Shown in pieces: positions 25,178 through 38,997 of a DNA stretch of 46,494 bases; the first letter of the stretch is position 1, and the number at the start of each line of letters is the position of its first letter. The position numbers and the translations under genes are program-made. This DNA comes from Welwitschia mirabilis (lineage: Eukaryota). The stretch spans positions 2,133,373-2,179,866 of the forward strand of contig JBOZIK010000001.1 in the NCBI GenBank assembly GCA_051453625.1, in the 5' to 3' direction. Under the pieces are notes generated by a model. It had not been told where the DNA came from. It saw only the letters and a program-made list of their open reading frames with translations, and searched no databases.

Positions 25178-26392
25178 TGTTATTAAGAAGGGCTGACTTT
25201 TAGTATTTTATTGATAGATCATCTTAAGTTGACCAAACTACATTAAAGATAATCTAGTAAGGAAGATTATCATCATTATCAAAACCATTGATACCATTAG
25301 TATTTTAAGGCCAAACATGTCTAATGAAGGATGGTAGGCTAAACATAGGATAACTTAATAGATTAACTATATAGCCTAGTGCTAAACTAGTCTACATAGA
25401 TTAAGGCCCATATGTCCATGTTTCATTACTTAAGAAGATTCATTGCTATTTATTTAGTAATAATAGGAATGCACCACTACAAATTTACAACTCTAATGAG
25501 AGCTATAAAAGCAAATCCTCCCTCAAAGTTTAGAAATCATCCACTTATTCATTAATCCATATTTCATTGGAGATTGTTTATCTTATAGTCAATTTTTATT
25601 ATATCACTACTATTCATCCATCCATTGGAACTCTACAATTTTAGATCTAGACTTCCTATGACTATAATAAGGGATTATCTCATCATGAGATATAAACCTC
25701 TCTTCTCACTTCTTGGGTATGAGGGAATTATTATTTTGTAAGGCATTATCTTGCTAGCCTTTACTACTTAATCTATGATAATTTGGTATTTTCTATAGTT
25801 TTTGAATCATTAGTAAATTTACTTTAATCTATGATTGGATTTACTTTATTATTATATCATGGGTTTAATTAAATGAGTAGTTATGTAATAGTTCATTCTA
25901 AATGTTCTTTTTTAGATCTATTCATTTAATGCTTTATTAGGATTTATATATTTATATGTTAACTTATGATATCTTTCATACTATCTTAGTGTTTTCTATA
26001 TTTCATTATAAGATGTAATATTTTTAATGCTTGTACTTTAATTATAGTTAAAATTTTTAGTGAATGGTTTGTTAATTGTCTATGAATTCAAGTTGTACTT
26101 AGTGTAATATATTTACTTAGCTAGGGTGGGTTTGATAGATTGCCTTATGAATAGTTATTCTTAATTTCCAAAATGAAATATTTACTTTATTAGATTTACT
26201 ACTTTTTAAAAACTTTTCAAGATCTTGTTTACTTAAAGTCATAATTGAAATATTTATTTGATTCGTGTAATCATTGAAGTACCATTATAGAACCTCTAAG
26301 AGAATGACAATTAGGGTTAACTATACTATAACAAGATGCCTTATTTCTAAATTTAAAACTACTAGATATACCTTAATAATTAAGGCACATCA
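25178..26392 (+). repeat. Probable solo or partial gypsy-type LTR (family C); 5' boundary uncertain
   Basis: TATA-like CTATAAAAG at ~25504, T-rich U5-like tract, Athila-like terminus ...GGGTTAACTATACTA...GGCACATCA, no PBS afterwards. Confidence 0.4.
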
Positions 26393-27018
26393 TCTAAAGA
26401 TCATAGATTATGATAGAATTCAAGGTGTAGTAGTAGATCCTCCTAGCTAATTTGTTAATCCATAAACCCTCCTTTACATTAAGCTTTTGGTTATTCATGT
26501 ATTTTCATTAAATTAAAAAATGTAGAATGTAATTTTAAAATTTTAAGACATTTAAATATTATTTTTTTCATAAAGAAAATCTAAATTAGTAATAAAGCTT
26601 AAGTACCTAATAATGAAATTATGAATTACAAGTAAATTGTAAAGAAAATATAAAAATTAATACATAAATTACAAGTAATGGTAGTAAAATGATTATTGTA
26701 ATATCAAATATCTAAAAGATGGAATTGGTGGAATGTGTGATTGGATTAAAAGAGGAGGGAATAATGTGAATGTGAATCAAATATAATGATAAGATATTAT
26801 CCTATAGGTAATATAATAAAATGGGTTCATTGAATGAGAAACAATAACCATAGTCTTACATTCTGAAGTAGATGATTCTACTATCTCCTTACTTTATCCT
26901 ATATCTTTTTAATACATGATTTATATGTATGGGAAATATTCTATAATGACTTATAATTTGCAAAAAATAGATTATCTAGAGGAAACTTTGATTCCTATAA
27001 CTATTGATAAGGTGACTA

Positions 27019-27292
27019 TGTTGTTGTGCTGCCAACTTAAGTGTATTTGATAGTGTATTTTGAGTTGTTTTGCAGATAAACTAACAGATAAATGCTCNNN
27101 NNNNNNNNNNNNNNNNNNNNNNNNNNNNNNNNNNNNNNNNNNNNNNNNNNNNNNNNNNNNNNNNNNNNNNNNNNNNNNNNNNNNNNNNNNNNNNNNNCTC
27201 CGTCTATACTAGCGTGTTGTATTTTGCATCTTAATTATAATTAACAGGATTGAATTTGAACGTGAACTATTGCAAAAATACACACCGCAACA
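27019..27292 (+). mobile_element. Relatively young LTR or LTR element whose body is hidden in the N-gap (27098-27197)
   Basis: Termini TGTTGTTGTG...CACCGCAACA are imperfect inverted repeats; CpGs retained; 3' end similar to the family B LTR end at 3100-3189. Confidence 0.7.
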
Positions 27293-28259
27293 AATAGATT
27301 ATCTAGAGGAAACTTTGATTCCTATAACTATTGATAAGGTGACTATGGTGATGTATGATATCGAGTAAGCTATTAATAAGATTAATAACATGACTTTCTA
27401 GAAGATACTTTTATTCCTATAACTACTAAAAAGTGACTATCATGATGTAGGCTAGGGAGTAAGTTGCCAATAAGATAAATAATATAACTTATAAGATCAA
27501 GTGATTTAACTAGATCATGATATACTGATAGAAGTCTGAGTTCATTTAATAACAAGACTGGGCCATTTTACAATGTCACTGAAAGACCCATTGATGTTCT
27601 AATTGGAGTTAGTTGTGTGTGCTAGCATTGTGGTGTAGAGCAGGTTATCTTAGTGTAGGTAAAAAATGATTAAAACTAGACTTTTAATCATGATGAATAC
27701 GTTTACCTATTTATTTATACCTATACTATTAATTTATATAGTTTAGATTTGATCTCATACAAAGCAATCAATAATAAGTTTATTAATTCTCATGAAAACA
27801 ATGTTGGTAATCAACCATGAAAAAAATAAGAAATTGATTTTCCATAGCATCTATTATATTTTTTGTAGAGACCCTAGACATGTTACATGAAGTACCTATA
27901 AAAATGGTGAGAATACAATAAACTAAATGCTTATGAACTTTAGTAACTTGAGCATTAGGATGTACATTATTAATAATGAAAAGGAATAACATTAACTTAT
28001 TTTCACTTATATCACCATCCCTAACATAGGATTCATCAGATGCTAATCCAATGCTTTCTAATGATAAATGTATCATTATTAAAAAACTAATAGCATGAGA
28101 AATTAAAAACATTCATAGTATAGAATTTATACCATTTAGAGTTTAGAATAAATGGAATTGATATATAAAGAAGTTAAATATTTATTATTTTTAGAATAAT
28201 AATCAATAAGCTACTCTTCAAGGAAGATATTTTTTCATGTTTAAATTATGATCTATAAG

Positions 28260-30970
28260 ATTATTATTTACATAAATAATTTTATCTTAATATTATTTGA
28301 TCATCTTCAATTTTTTGTATCTTTGATTGCTTATGGAATTGTAACTCTATATTTTGGAATAATTTCTTTTGTACCTCAGCTTACTTCTTATTTTTTTGGT
28401 TAATCAATGACATGAATTTTCTTTTTACATGAGAAACATGTGTTATAAAATTAAAATATTTTTTATTCTAATACCATACTCCATCTTAAAATGTTTCATA
28501 GAATAGGCATTTTACATGTGATCACAAGACTTTTCTTTATTATTCTTTATTTTATCTTCCATATTTAAAATTTCACATAAGTACTCAAAGGATTTGACAT
28601 CTTTTGATTAGAATATCTAAGAATTATTTTCATATTCTTAAAAGAACATTTATTACATAGTTTATGATGTCAATATGGTGATATTCTCACTCATGTTTTT
28701 TTGTTATGTTTAAAGATGAAATTCACTTTACTAATTAGGTGACATACTATTTATTCTTTTTTTTTTGTACCTCTTTATAGACTTTCTTCAATATATTCTA
28801 GATGAACTTTGTAAAAGGTATTTCATGGATCATTGTAGAAATGCATGGTATTACGTATAACATTAATGTAACTCTATCTTGAGTATTGAGTACTTTCTTC
28901 TCATCTATGATTAGTTCTCTTTGCAACATTTGTTCATTATGTATTATTGTAATGATAGTACACTAATGTATTTCCATGTGAGATAGTTTTCTATTCCTTT
29001 AAGATGTATATCTTTATGATTTATTTCTTTAATAAATAAATTTTTTATGGGTACAAGGCAATAACTCACAAAATTTAATAATAATTTGGCTATTCTATTT
29101 TCTCCTCTAGGTATTATGGCTAACTGGCATCTTTTAAAGTTTGGAATTAAAGCTTAAACAAATTCTAGATACTTCGTTAACATATCCAAATTATAATAGT
29201 AATATCCTATTATTTGATTAAGTTACAACTAAAAATCCTAAAAATTCTAATTTCGTAGAACTTTGATTTTAGTGTAATAGCTATTCCTTGTGTGATTTCC
29301 TCATATTCCACAATTTTATTTGCGTCATGAAAATTGATCTTAAATAAAATAAATAAGACTAACTTATTTGGTAAAAATAAATCTATTCCTACTCTAGCAC
29401 CATTAGTATTTTTGGATCCATCAAAAGACATACTTATGTCCTGGTTTTCTTTATTGAATGCAAGCCATATTACTTCATTAGAAAATTAATTAATGATATA
29501 TAATGATAGACCTTATTTTCTAGGGAATTGATTTATTTAATCAGTGATGTATTTCCCTTTAATTAATTTTTAAGAGATAAAATCAAGATCAAATTTAGTT
29601 AACATTAAGACCTATTTAGTCAAACTTATGCTCCCATTTGAAAATTCTAGAAGATATTTAGGAAATTTCTATGATTTGATGGCATAAGTTTGATTACTAA
29701 TCATGTAATTTCTAAATTTTTATAATGCAAATACCATAGCAATGCAGATTGTTTTTGCATTTAAATAATTTATTTCATCTTTGTGTAGGGTTCAACGAGT
29801 ATAGTATATTAGATGAACCATATGATCTTAATTTCATTGTATAATTACTACACTTATAATCTCATTGATTTATGCAAAGTATAGGTAAAATGAAAATTTT
29901 AAATCTAGTGGACTTGAGATTAGGGAATTTGTTAAGTATTTCTTAATTTGATTAAAACATCTTGCTAGTTTTGATTTCATTCAAAGTTTTAGTTCTTTCT
30001 AAGTAAATAGACAAATGATTAGCATGAATATGTTGATGAAAATATGATTCTTTAGATCTATTATAGTCTTTTTTATGAACCTCATAGTTTTTAGATATCC
30101 TTGGATGATGGCATTTCTGATATGACTTTGATCTTTTGAGTGTTGAACTCAATTCTTCTTTTTAAAACTATGAAATCTAGTAACTTTACCACACAGTATT
30201 TCAAATGTACACTTATTGGGTTTGAATTGAAGATTAGACTTATAACCATTTAAAATATCTTGCTAAGGTAATTTAGATGATCTTTAACCTCTTTGGACTT
30301 AATCATCATATCATCAACATGATCTCATCCTATTTATCCATGTAGTTGTGGAAAATGTATGTCATAGCTTTTTGCTAAATTGTCCTAGGTTTTTTTAGTT
30401 GAAATGAAATCATAACATGATAAAATAAACCCCATGATGTAATGAATGTTATCTTTGATTAGTCTTTAGGTTTGATGTAAATTTGATTATAGCTTGAGTA
30501 CCCATTCATGAAAGACAAGGGTCCATACCTAATTGTGTTTTTGACTAGTATGTCTATTTGAAAGAGGAAAATCATCTTTAAATGTGACCTTATTAAGATT
30601 TTGAAAATTAATGCATATTATAGTGGACACACTCTTTTTCATTATAATGATAATGTTGGATACCTAGTTAGAATAGTTGATAGGTTAAATGAAACATATA
30701 GTTAAACCCCTTTGTAAGTCCTTCTTAATGGCTAATAGCAATTTTGGATTTAATTTTCTAACTTTTTACTTTATTTGGATTATTCCCAATATGTTATGCA
30801 TAACCCTATTTTTTTCTAACTCAAGCATGTCTTTAGAATTCCATGAAAAGATATGTTTGTTTTATAGTAAGACAATTTTTGGGTAATTTTTAATACTTTG
30901 ATTTATATGATTACTAATTTTTAGTATCTTCTTTGGATCCTATTTATTAACTTTAAAATTTTAAGTGTAA
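28260..30970 (-). pseudogene. pol: Tat-clade (Ogre/Retand-like) gypsy pol: RT, RNase H, archaeal-type RNase H, partial integrase; disrupted
   Basis: Minus strand reads CINFQNLNKVTFKDDFPL...LSFMNGYSSYNQI (~30480-30615) and VDDM (~30308-30319). Second RNase H SFDGSKNTNGARVGI...EYE at 29210-29431. Right-hand boundary approximate. Confidence 0.85.
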
Positions 30971-31399
30971 ATTTATTACCCTTGAGATAAAGATCATTTA
31001 TTTTCATAAATCTCTTCCTTCTTCTCAGTGTATTAACATTCTTCTTCTTTTAGGGTTTTTTGATTTAATCTTCTCTTCTCTTATGATAAATTGAATAAGT
31101 CTAATAGAAAAAAATCAATTAAATCTAAATTATAATTTTTTACCATTTCTTTTCCATGGTATTGAAAGTTTAGGATTTGACCCTTTAATGATTCAAGATC
31201 ATATGTCTTCATCCCTATTGTAAATACAATGTGATATCATTATTCCAATGCATATAGAGAGATACCTTAGATAGTATAGAGATAGATTATTAAATTTAAA
31301 GATAAGTTATTAAACTTTTAGAGAAAGAAATAGGATTACTTATCTTTTTTAGTAATGATGAGTTCTTTTGCAAATTAATAATTACCTTTTAGTATGAAG

Positions 31400-31421
31400 T
31401 TTTTTTTTTTTTTTTTTTTTT
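31400..31421. repeat. Poly(T)22 homopolymer
   Basis: Direct read of 22 consecutive T. Confidence 0.9.
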
Positions 31422-32460
31422 GGTATATGATGGATTATTGGTAACTTATAGTATTTAGGACATGGCAAAATGAAATTAAAATTACCTTTTTTTCATTTTG
31501 AAAAAGATTAAGAAAGCATTGGGACTATTTTTCATTATGTGAAACTCACATACAAGCAAACAAAGAGGGCTATTATTTTAAGAAAACAAACTAAAATAAA
31601 TATAATATTAGAAAATGTTGCTAGCCCTTCGCATTTTATGTTTTATTGTGGGTAAAATGGAGGAGTTTAGAGCTTGTAATTTCAAAGTGCTTTCAATAGC
31701 ACTGATTCATGGTATTGGTTCCAAGAAGTGAAGGAACAAGTATGGTTACATCTAGAAACATTATGTAAGAATGCTAGAATGAATAAGTCTACATTTAATA
31801 TACTCTACCCTTGAGTGAGAGTGTTGTTTCAATGTGGGTTAACTATCTTTTATTTCTATTTTTTTATTTTTCCTTTCTCTAGGATCATTTTTTAATGGTT
31901 TTTCTATGCATTTTCTTATTTCTTAGGGATTCTTTTGAGCTCTTTTTAAAGTTGAAATATATTTTTTTCAAATTCAAAAGTACAATTTTAGAGTTAAGAG
32001 CTGAAAGTCATTAGGTTATTTCTTTGTCTATGTTGAAGTTAGGGTTGGGGAAGATTGGGCATTTAAATGTTAAACTTTCTCTAGGGCTAAAAGATAGATT
32101 CTCAGAGGGCATTAAAGTACAAGAAGTTTTTAAGGTGTTCCAAAATCTAGAGAATGAAGATTTGGTTTGCATTGATTAAAAACTAGTGATTAGAAGATTG
32201 GCATTAAGATATTTGATAAGGAATCTAAGGTAAACAATTTTGAATGTCTCAAAATCATCATTCATAGTTGCAAAAAATGGACATGTACAGAGTAAATAAG
32301 CAGAGAAACTTATTACAAAGATACAAAACTCTTTAAATCACTTTCAAAGTACTGCTATTAAATAAAAATAAAAGTAAATATAATTAGAATAAAATAAAGT
32401 ATTAAAAAATGATTCAATTAGAAGTACATGAAGGAAGAGAAGAATTTAGTTGATTTGATT

Positions 32461-32823
32461 ATAAAAAATCCACTTTTGAAGAAATAACTTAAAGAACAAG
32501 ATTTATATAAAATTCTTACCTATGCATATGTTGGTATGGATGTATCATTGATTTATAATATGCTCAAAGGATTTAATAAAAATAAAAATCATATTTTCAT
32601 GCATCTTCAAAAAGGAGATCCTTTATACATCATTATCACACTTAGAAATCTAGCTTGACTTGAAATATAAGGGTTAAATCATGAATAAGAATCCTCAACA
32701 ACTTTGAAAAACAAATAAGATTAAGGTAAATGAACTTTTATGCATAAAATATTCAAAGAAAAACATAAGGTATCATGAATATTAATTGAACTTAGAAGTA
32801 TTTGTGAATATGATTTCAAGTAA
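32461..32823 (+). pseudogene. Accessory-ORF remnant (plant-mobile-domain / Transposase_32-like pattern)
   Basis: LKEQDLYKILTYAYVGMDVSLIYNMLKGFNKNKNHIFMHLQKGDPLYIIITLRNLA*LEI*G; pattern resemblance only. Confidence 0.3.
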
Positions 32824-35612
32824 TGAGAAAAGGCCTAGTTTCTCATTTTAGATGTTAGTGCTGTGGTATGATATTTTTTCTTATAGTGTTAAATTTAGTT
32901 GTATATGTTTATTAATTATAGTGCAATGTCTAGATTTAAGTTAATTTTTCACTTAGATATTATTTTTTCTTAGAGATAACATGGTTATAGGTTTAGATTT
33001 AAACTAATTTTAACTTTGAATGTAAGTTACAAAAGAAAGAAAAAAAGGAAAATGGTGAAGTTTAAAGTTGAGTTGAAATTCATCTTAAAGAGGAGGAAAA
33101 CATGATAAATCCAAGGTATTACTGATTCATCCTAAGCAATCCTTCACTCCAATATTGTTGGAGTGCCTTCTTGCAAAATAATAATAATGATCAAGTTCTT
33201 TTAATCCAATTCATAAAACATAATTTCATCCACCATATGATAATGATAAATTCAATTAATACTTTAAACTTGAAATAACTATAAAAAGTAAGAACTCCTA
33301 AAGCACCCAAGATCTATGAAATTGAAAGACTAAGTAATAAAAGTGAATTCATGCAACTAAAATAAATTTTATAGTTAAAGAGGTTACCTAAGCATTCCAA
33401 TTTTAATTTTATTAATGAATTAAAATCAAAGGGAAAAAATCTTTTACATTATAAAAAGGGAATAACTTTATAGAAAAGAAAGAAAGAAGCCAAAAGAGCT
33501 TCTCAGTAATCTTAGAAGACTAGTTTACTTTCTCAAAGAGTCACCTAAAAAGCCATTACAAGTTGATTCTCAAAAGTGTTAAAATTCTCCAAGTCGAAGA
33601 TGATACGATGAAATTTTTGAGGACCTTTTATGGTAAGAGATGGGGAAGAGAAGTGGTTACAAACCTTGGCTTATAATATTAGGTGAATAAGTACATGATT
33701 ATATTACATAGAATTTTTTGTATTCTCTTCTATCTGGTGAAGATGCTTATGACGATGGTACCAGTTGGCTCTGAAGTGCTATAGCTGCTACCAATACCTA
33801 ACTATGCTATGTGTCTCCATCATCATCCTAATCAGCCCTACCAAATATCACTCTATAAATCCTCATCATCATTGCCACATGTTGATAAGAATGTAATTAA
33901 TTTATGATGTTGAATTTGATTAATCCCATAACCATATTCTATCTAAGTTTCTATAACATGTTAGGAACATGAGTTTGAAGGAAGTTTGAGCATATAGATT
34001 AGTTGCACCAGAATTTTAACTTTAATGATTATGAATTTACACCATTTCCTTTAATTGATCTTAATCAACTTGAATATGGAATAAAGAAATAGTTAAGTGC
34101 ATCATTAATATGAAAACCAATAGAAGACATGTTTTTATGATGAAATCTATTATTAAAGTCTTCTATTAATGCTAATTGAATATTTTATTTAATCATAATA
34201 TCAATTGTTACATGTTAACAATGTTCTTAAGAAATCAAATTGTTTGAATGGTAAAATCAACTCTGCATGCCTCTATCTTTCCATTTCCTTATGGTTGGCA
34301 TTTAACAATTTTAGGGATATCTTACATTTGTGATGCCTGCATAAAATAAGAGTTATATTTGGAATTGCATTTTAGAGATCCTTTAAAAAAATTAGGTGTT
34401 TATTTTTAGGGTTAATAAAGACTTAGATGAAGAGGGCAACGAGGAGCCTTAAAAAAAATTGGATGAAAATTTGAGTAATGATTAAATTCCATTATAATAG
34501 CAAGAAGAAATTAGCAAGGGGTTTGAGATATAAACATCTTACATTGAAAAGGAAAAATAGTAGTGGCTATCTTGAACAACCATTTTGGTATTGAAAAAAA
34601 GGATAATAGCTTGCCCCAAGAGCAAGAGATGTTAAAAAATGTTTTGTAATAAGGTTGATGATACCATGGCAATTGCATCCAAGACAGGTATGTTTTAATT
34701 TTAAAAATAAATTCTATTTCTTATTTTAATTATATGCAATGATTTAGATATTGTCATGAATGTTTTTTTAGTAGGGTATATTAAAGAAAAATGTTTTATT
34801 AAATCCTTGATTAAAAGGCATCCGACTTTTCATAATCATAAATAGGTTGCAAGTATGATAGATTCTCTATTCAACTTCATTTTATTTGATGTTTGACTCT
34901 TCTTATTTCACAATTTTTATTCTTTTTTAATCTCATCATGTAGAGATGGATTTGGATTTCTTGTATTCTCTTAGGGGAGAAGGATGAAAATTTTATATGT
35001 TTAAATATAATCCAGACTGTGATGAAATAGGGTCTTTGGTAGGTTAGAAAATGGCTAAGGGGATTATGATGAGATATATAGAGTTGTTAAATGTTTTCAT
35101 AGTAATATTATCAATTTTTATGAGAGTTTGATGTAAGAAGAAAATAAAAAATGTGTTCTTAAATCTAAATATCCTAACCTACTTTCACAATTTGAAATGC
35201 TGTATACGATGAATATAGATTTTAGATACCAAGCCTTAAAAGGTAAGTTTTCCTTTTTGATTCTAGATATTAACAAATAAATCTTTTTTGATGAATTATT
35301 AAAGAAGGTAAAAAACAAAGAATACTTGATTATGCTTTAAAAAGAGGAAATAACTATTTAGATGAAATTTCTTAAGCACTTTAGAGAAAGATCTAATAGG
35401 CTTTAGTTATATTGCCATCTTCTTCACTCACAGGTGTTGAGAAAAATAAATTCTTAAATAACTATATCCAAATTTTGAAAGAAGATAAATTTAAGAAGGG
35501 CTTGAATAGGTTTTTAGAAAATAATAGGCTATATAAGTTTTTGAAAAATTTTGTGCACACATTAAGTGAATTTTATATTTTAGAAAGAGTTTATTTTGTG
35601 CTTATTTTTGTT

Positions 35613-35660
35613 CTCTCTCTCTCTCTCTATATAGATATATATATATATATATATATATAT
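35613..35660. repeat. Compound microsatellite (CT)8(AT)n
   Basis: Direct read. Confidence 0.95.
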
Positions 35661-36239
35661 TTTCTAACTCTTCTTTTTAATTTTTCCTGATAGATGGCTT
35701 AAAGAAGTATCTCCCATCATTCACATAAGAAGAAAACATTATTTGCAGAAAATTCAAAATGTTGGATAAGAAATAGAGAGGACTAAATAACTATGTATAG
35801 TACTATTTACATAGGTATGTTGATGAACATGAATTTCACTCCCCATGTGGGGTATTTATGATATTTATTTTTAGTTCTAGAATCATGGTTTTTGTATTTT
35901 TGGGTATTATATTTACAAATTTAAACTCTGCTAATGATATGAAAGGTCTATCTTTCTTTTGTGGTTTATTTTGTTATTCATTATGAATACTTAACTATAT
36001 AATGTTATTATGTTTACTATGATCACTATCATATGGCTAATCTAGTTATTTTAATTTATTTTGTTGGGCATTATGATCACCTAGTTGTAACATGTAATTA
36101 TCATAAATATTACTATACCCATTTTGGTGAATATTTTCTTTTACCTAATTGTGATTTTGGGTTGCTCTCATGTGCTTCTTATTTCAAGCTTTAATTTTCA
36201 ATGTCCCATATTTTACTTTTGACATAATATGTTCCTTTC

Positions 36240-37880
36240 ATAAGGGGATTTTTGAAACTAAATATTTATCTGGAACCTTAATTTTTTTAATGTATAATGG
36301 ATATTACCACTTGGCTTTTAATTATCCATGGTTTTCCTAACAAAACGTTAAAAGTTAAGTAATTTTTAATAATTTATAATTTAACTTCATGAGGGTAATG
36401 AAATCTTTTCAAGTGTTGTAGTTTTATCATCATTAAATCCCTTAACTAAGGTAGCTTGTTTAGAGTCTATATTATTAAGCAACTTAATTTTTTCTAAATC
36501 AGATACTGTAATGTTGCCTATCATGGCCCCTGTATCAATAAATATTCTTTTAATATTAAAATTCCTAATGAAAAGATTAATGTATATTGGGTTTTTCATG
36601 AAACTTCATATGAATTTTGTTTAATTTCATGGTTATCAAAGGAAATCAATGAACTCTTAGGCCTATTATTTACTTTAGTTTGGGTTAAGGCTACGATGCA
36701 TCTATTTCCAACTTTCATACATATTTCTATGAAATCTTGTTCATATTTTTATGAGATATTCATCAAAGATTATATGTGGAATTTTTCTTGATTTTAGATA
36801 ATTCTCTAACCATCATGGCTAGAAAAGAGTTTCTAATTATTTGTTCATATATATTATGAATGAATTAGATGTTGTATTCAATAAAATTTGAAGTCCCTTT
36901 AATATTTACTATCCATTTTTTCTTTTTTATAATTTGATGGCATAGGTTTTTTAAAATCTCTAAAAATTAATTTGAGTTGATTATATTATATTCATTATGT
37001 GGTTTTCTCTTTTTCTTAATTAAATCTTATATAACATGGTTTAGATTCACACATTTTTCTGAGTCATATTTCTTATCTCTATTATATTAGAAAAATTACT
37101 CTTATTTAAACCATTTTGGTTTAGGTGATTTAGGATCATATTGCTTTTGTAGTAGAAGTTTGATGATGTTTTAGGATAGAAGAAACTAAGAATCTTAGCA
37201 TAAGGAGTTTACAGTTTTATAAATGGTCATATTACTTTTGTCAAGAGTTCTCTTAGTTCTTCATATCTCTTTTCATCCTTATCTTTATTTTCTTGATCTT
37301 TCTTTTTTTTCCCTTTATTTTGACCACTTGTATCTCTTTTTAAAAATTGGTTTTCTTTTATGTTAAGTTCCTTTTTTGGTACTCTGATTTCTTATTAATA
37401 TCCATATCTAGTAATGATTTCCAAAATGTTCTGTATGATTCAAATTATTGTATATCTACCTCATTTAAATCAAATCTTTCTATAAGCCTCCTGTATTCAT
37501 CTATTAAAATGGTGTTATATCTAGTACTAATTGAAATTTTTATATGTTTTTGCTAGCTCTCTTTCAAGAATCTCACTAAGTATCCTAAATATTTTCAAGG
37601 TAAATTTTATTACTGCCAATGGTTTTATTTCTTTTTAAATGGATTAAGTAAATTTTTAGTTAATTAACTTAGGTAGGTAGATGATTTATTTACCTAAATT
37701 AATGAAAGATGAGAATTTGAACTTTATCTTAGGACTTATTATCGAAATAAAAATTTGGCAATGGTAAAATAAATATGAATTAAAAAAATTTTGATATTAA
37801 GATCAAAATTGATTTATGAGGTTTGAGGGTTTATAACTATGATTAAAATATATAAAATCCAAATTACTAGGAATTAACTC
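36240..37880 (-). pseudogene. gag: Tat-clade gag and aspartic protease, disrupted
   Basis: Protease PIYINLFIRNFNIKRIFIDTGA...VKGFND...FNVLLGKPWI (36290-36599); decayed knuckle F*YNRDKKYDSEKCVNL (~37040-37092); LIPSNF at ~37870. Confidence 0.75.
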
Positions 37881-38980
37881 ATTTTTAATTTAAATGTTAA
37901 ACAAAAAAATTTAATCCATTTTTTAAAGCCAATATGAATTCCATGATTGTGTTCTAATATGAATTTATATAAACAAATTAAGAATGTAAAAATAAATTAA
38001 CTTGAGAATATGTCAAAAATGACTAAAATCAGGTTTTTACAAATAAAATTCAAATTTAAAAGTGTAAAAATTAAGAAATAATTTTGTAAATTTCAATTTG
38101 TGATAAAATAGATTTAAATAATTAAAATTATAGAAACAAATTTTAGATCTCAAATTCAAATAATTAAAATGGTTTCAATATGTAATGTCTTAGAAAATCT
38201 AATATTTTAATTCAAAAAATAAACATTGAGATAAAGAAAATATTTTCTAAGAGAGAAATCTCAATTTTCAAATTCAATCCAAATTATCTAGACTTCAATG
38301 TGCAATAAAATAATGAATAGAAGTTTAAAATATCATTTTAGAAATGAAATAAGTGCAAAGAAAGAGATTTGAGCTTTACTATTTTAGTAAGGAACAAAAC
38401 AAAATTCAAGAAAATGATCTTTTTTGAACTTCTTGATGACTAGAATAATGTTCTTTTTGTTGAATACTATGATTGCTAGCCCTTTTGATGATTTTTAGAC
38501 ATGCTTTACACTTGAGTTATTTTTTTTCTTTTAAGAAGGTTATAGATCTATCTTATTTGAGGGTTAGTCCTAGTATATCTAAGACTATGTCTAAAGCATT
38601 TGCATTTCTGTTACATTTCCTATTTCTTTGTAATAGCTAGATATAAGAATAGTTGTAATTTGAATTTTGCACTAAAATTTGGATTTATTGGGAGTTATAT
38701 TTAATATAAATTCATTTTACAAATATGTTTAAGTTGAATTTTGAACATAAATATAACTTTAGTTTAATTTTTTGGGTAATTTGGAAATTTAGATTTTTTT
38801 GGAATTTGGATTTACAACTATAATTTAGATTTCTAGATAAAATTTGGATTTTAAGATAAGAATTTGGATTAAGAAGTAGAATTTGGATTAAAGAATAATG
38901 TTTTGAATTTAAGGCCTTGTGTTGATATTTTCACTTTTAGAAGCCAAATTATCCACCAATAATAGCTACCATGCTAGTAC

Positions 38981-38997
38981 CCCTATAAACGGTACTA
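38981..38997 (-). promoter_or_regulatory. Decayed PBS, tRNA-Lys type, of the Tat-clade element
   Basis: Minus strand TAGTACCGTTTATAGGG versus TGGCGCCGTCTGTGGGG: 11/17, with all six mismatches C>T or G>A. Lies ~1.1 kb upstream of gag. Confidence 0.6.

Noticed and set aside
31400..31421. Poly(T) as the tail of a minus-strand LINE, SINE or processed pseudogene
   Set aside because: No matching TSD found and no recognisable element body.
38770..38910. AATTTGGATT short repeats as telomere or satellite sequence
   Set aside because: Irregular ~20-bp repeats in the 5' UTR of the Tat-clade element; not TTTAGGG arrays.
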